DNA from: an uncultured Verrucomicrobiae bacterium
GTDB lineage: Bacteria; Verrucomicrobiota; Verrucomicrobiia; Limisphaerales; JAFGQR01
Direction: 5' to 3'
DNA length: 64,000 nt
NCBI GenBank assembly: GCA_963788655.1
Contig: CAWBHS010000099.1
Location: forward strand, 74,271-138,270
The translations under genes and the position numbers were made by a program. The notes under the pieces were generated by a model. The model did not search any database, had not been told where the DNA came from, and was given only the letters and a program-made list of their open reading frames with translations. Position 1 is the stretch's first letter; every line of letters starts with the position of its first letter. This document shows, one piece after another, positions 61,948-64,000 of the stretch.

Positions 61948-63438
61948 TTATACGCCCCCGGTCGCCCGAGGCGAGCCGTTTCCTACGGGGTAACTGCGCC
62001 AGGCAAAGCACCGACGCTTCTCGAAATACTTGACCCAGTCCGGATGATAAGGATTGGCCTCGGCTTTCACTTTAATGTGCCGATCCATCACCGTCTGGAG
62101 CAGATTCCGCAGCTTCAACAATCGCGGCTCGCCGTCTCGGGTGCGAACCCAAGTCGAAAAGCAGCCTTTGCCAGCGGCGGGATAATATTTGCGGCGTCGC
62201 CAAGTCCAGGATTTCTTGGGATGCCGCCGTTTCATCCATCGCCAGAGCAGGTCGTTCACGTACCGATCAACCTGATAGAATGCTTCTCGGGCGACGACAT
62301 GGCGGTGGTAGTTGGCCCACCCCCGCAGGATTGGATTTAACGTTCGGATTAACACTTCGGTCGCCAGACCCCGACCTTGCCGAATGCACTGTCGGGCTTT
62401 CTCCCGTATCCCGGCAATCGCCTTGCGGGAGGGAGTGATCCGAAGTTTCTTTCCCCGTTTGCGCAGGTTCTGTCCCAGGAAGTCAAAACCTTCCTCGATA
62501 TGGGTGATCTTGGTCTTTTCCTCTGAGAGACTCAGGCCCCGTTCCTTCAGGAAGGAGGCGATCACCGGTTTGACCTTGTCTTCGAGGGTTTCCCGACGTG
62601 CCGCCGTGACCACAAAGTCATCCGCATAGCGGATGAAGTTGACCTTGTCATGGCGCGGTCGGATCGCCGCCCGGATGGCGACTTCCAACCCATCGAGGGT
62701 CAGGTTGGCCAACAAAGGGGAGGCGATGCCCCCTTGCGGTGCTCCCGCTTCGGTCGGAAAGAGCCGACCTGCTTCCAGATAACCGGCGCGCAGCCATTTG
62801 CTCAGGATCTCGCGATCCATCGGGATGTGCTGGAGCAACCAGTCGTGGCTGATTTCGTCGAAACAGCTTTTAATATCCCCTTCCAGAACCCAGACCGGCG
62901 CGTAGCTCTTGGCCAGTGCGTTGAAGCACTGCCCAATGGCATCGGCGCAACTACGGCCTTCCCGGAAACCATAGGAGTTCTTGTCAGCGCAAGTCTCCGC
63001 AATCGGTTTCAAAGCCAAGGCATGGAGGGCTTGATGGGCGCGGTCAGTCATCACCGGAATACTGAGCGGCCTTAATTTGCCGTTCTTTTTCGGGATGTAG
63101 AGACGCCTCAGGGGTTGCGGTTGATAGCCGCGTTGTTTGAGGCGCGATACCGCTGCGAACTTTTGTGAATCGGTTCGCCAGACCTGTCCATCGACTCCGG
63201 GCGTGGCGTGTCCTTTGTTACTCGTCACCCATTGAACGGCCAGTAATTTGGCCGCGCCCGAGTGCGTGAGAATCCACTGCAGGGCTTTTGCCCGGCCGTG
63301 GTCGTTTTCTCTGACCGCCTTGGCAATACGCATCTGCAGCCGTTTGACCGAGGCGCGCACGGATTCCCAGTTCAGGGCTTTCCATGCGGTGCCGCGACCG
63401 GAGGACGCACCAGTCGATCCCGAAAGATCAACCGTCAT
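61948..63438 (-). CDS. ltrA: Group II intron reverse transcriptase/maturase, no HNH endonuclease
   Basis: RVT_N (VKRLQMRIAKA), TPGVDG, PQGGIASPLLAN, RYADDFVV, GFDFLG, LNPILRGWANYH; ends after ANPY..YFEKR. GGAG RBS before ATG 63438; ORF open to 63456. Confidence 0.96.
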   Translation of the reverse strand: MTVDLSGSTGASSGRGTAWKALNWESVRASVKRLQMRIAKAVRENDHGRAKALQWILTHSGAAKLLAVQWVTSNKGHATPGVDGQVWRTDSQKFAAVSRLKQRGYQPQPLRRLYIPKKNGKLRPLSIPVMTDRAHQALHALALKPIAETCADKNSYGFREGRSCADAIGQCFNALAKSYAPVWVLEGDIKSCFDEISHDWLLQHIPMDREILSKWLRAGYLEAGRLFPTEAGAPQGGIASPLLANLTLDGLEVAIRAAIRPRHDKVNFIRYADDFVVTAARRETLEDKVKPVIASFLKERGLSLSEEKTKITHIEEGFDFLGQNLRKRGKKLRITPSRKAIAGIREKARQCIRQGRGLATEVLIRTLNPILRGWANYHRHVVAREAFYQVDRYVNDLLWRWMKRRHPKKSWTWRRRKYYPAAGKGCFSTWVRTRDGEPRLLKLRNLLQTVMDRHIKVKAEANPYHPDWVKYFEKRRCFAWRSYPVGNGSPRATGGV

Positions 63439-64000
63439 TTGCTTCTCCCCCTGCATCGGTTCTACCTATTCTCTTGCCAAGAAAGACCCGATCGAAGTGG
63501 GTCTATCCGATCCATTACAGACCGGTTTTTACTTTTTCGATCCTCTCAAAGCTGCTTCCCCTGAGCCGGCCTTGCGGTGGGCTTGCCTGGAAACCGTCCA
63601 GGCGGGATACCCGCAGCTTTTCCATGTTCCGCATTCATCACGAGATGGGTTAGGTCCACTCTCTACACCGGCGGTGCGCCATTCGCGTCGGGCCACGTTA
63701 GACAGCCCGAACCTGACCGCTGGCCTTATTTTGGCCGGAGCCTTAAAACAGCCTCGTCTGGCTCGTTCCTCTGACGATGCTTGCGAGTGTTCACGTGGGT
63801 TGACCCTACCATCCAATTCTAGCGCCGCACCCGGATTGAGGCTCCCAGGCTGGCTACATTGTCGGGAAGGCTTCACACCCTGGACAGTAGCCTTGCGGCC
63901 GCCCGCCTAACGCATGCTTCCTTGGAATACCTGCCGCGAAAGGCAGGACTGAGTCAGGTTGCCCATGCTCAGCAGTGATGAATGCGACTTCATGTCACAA

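Larger units (their letters stand above)
61792..64000 (-). mobile_element. Group II intron (IIB-like, CL/E-type IEP), apparently full length, about 2.2 kb
   Basis: 5' end TTGTGACATGAAGTCGC at the window edge. Domain V at 61866-61833; domain VI with bulged A at 61798; ends ACCCGGT; RT ORF inside. Confidence 0.92.

Noticed and set aside
61948..63456. RT as a retron, DGR or defence RT
   Set aside because: It has RVT_N and maturase X domains and is embedded in a group II ribozyme with canonical DV/DVI. No TR/VR pair or msr-msd was seen.
1..64000. tRNA, rRNA or riboswitch
   Set aside because: No cloverleaf, T-loop or recognisable riboswitch consensus found by eye. An Infernal/Rfam scan would be needed to exclude them.

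Overview
GC-rich bacterial window, most likely Verrucomicrobiota (Pedosphaerales/Limisphaerales-like). This is inferred from a VPDGG-type PEP-CTERM protein and F(Y/F)R(L/V)-tailed secreted proteins. The core genes are: a phosphate locus (putative porin, pstSCAB, phoU) with Pho-box-like repeats; an uncharacterised ABC module; rnd; fadD-fabG-acpP-fabF; a pyrimidine-nucleoside phosphorylase; surA-pdxA; a cytochrome c with a PAS/GAF kinase and NarL-type regulator; peptidases; a sigma-70 factor; and apt. The last 16 kb are accessory. They hold one giant (about 4,260 aa) secreted PL6-lyase/cohesin-like/BACON/Ig protein, an IS110 transposase remnant, a SMI1/KNR4-like gene and an apparently complete, endonuclease-less group II intron. 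The intron's predicted EBS1 loop (CUAACG) and its 3' exon (GCGTCAT) together reconstruct an integron-type GTTAG|GC core site directly in front of the SMI1/KNR4 gene. Intergenic DNA is dense in mobile palindromes: three REP/REPIN-like families, 6-9-mer periodic inverted arrays, and a 275-bp MITE with a TTA target duplication. Four genes carry single +1 frameshifts that look like sequencing errors, and one gene has an in-frame TAA. No tRNA, rRNA or CRISPR array was seen.
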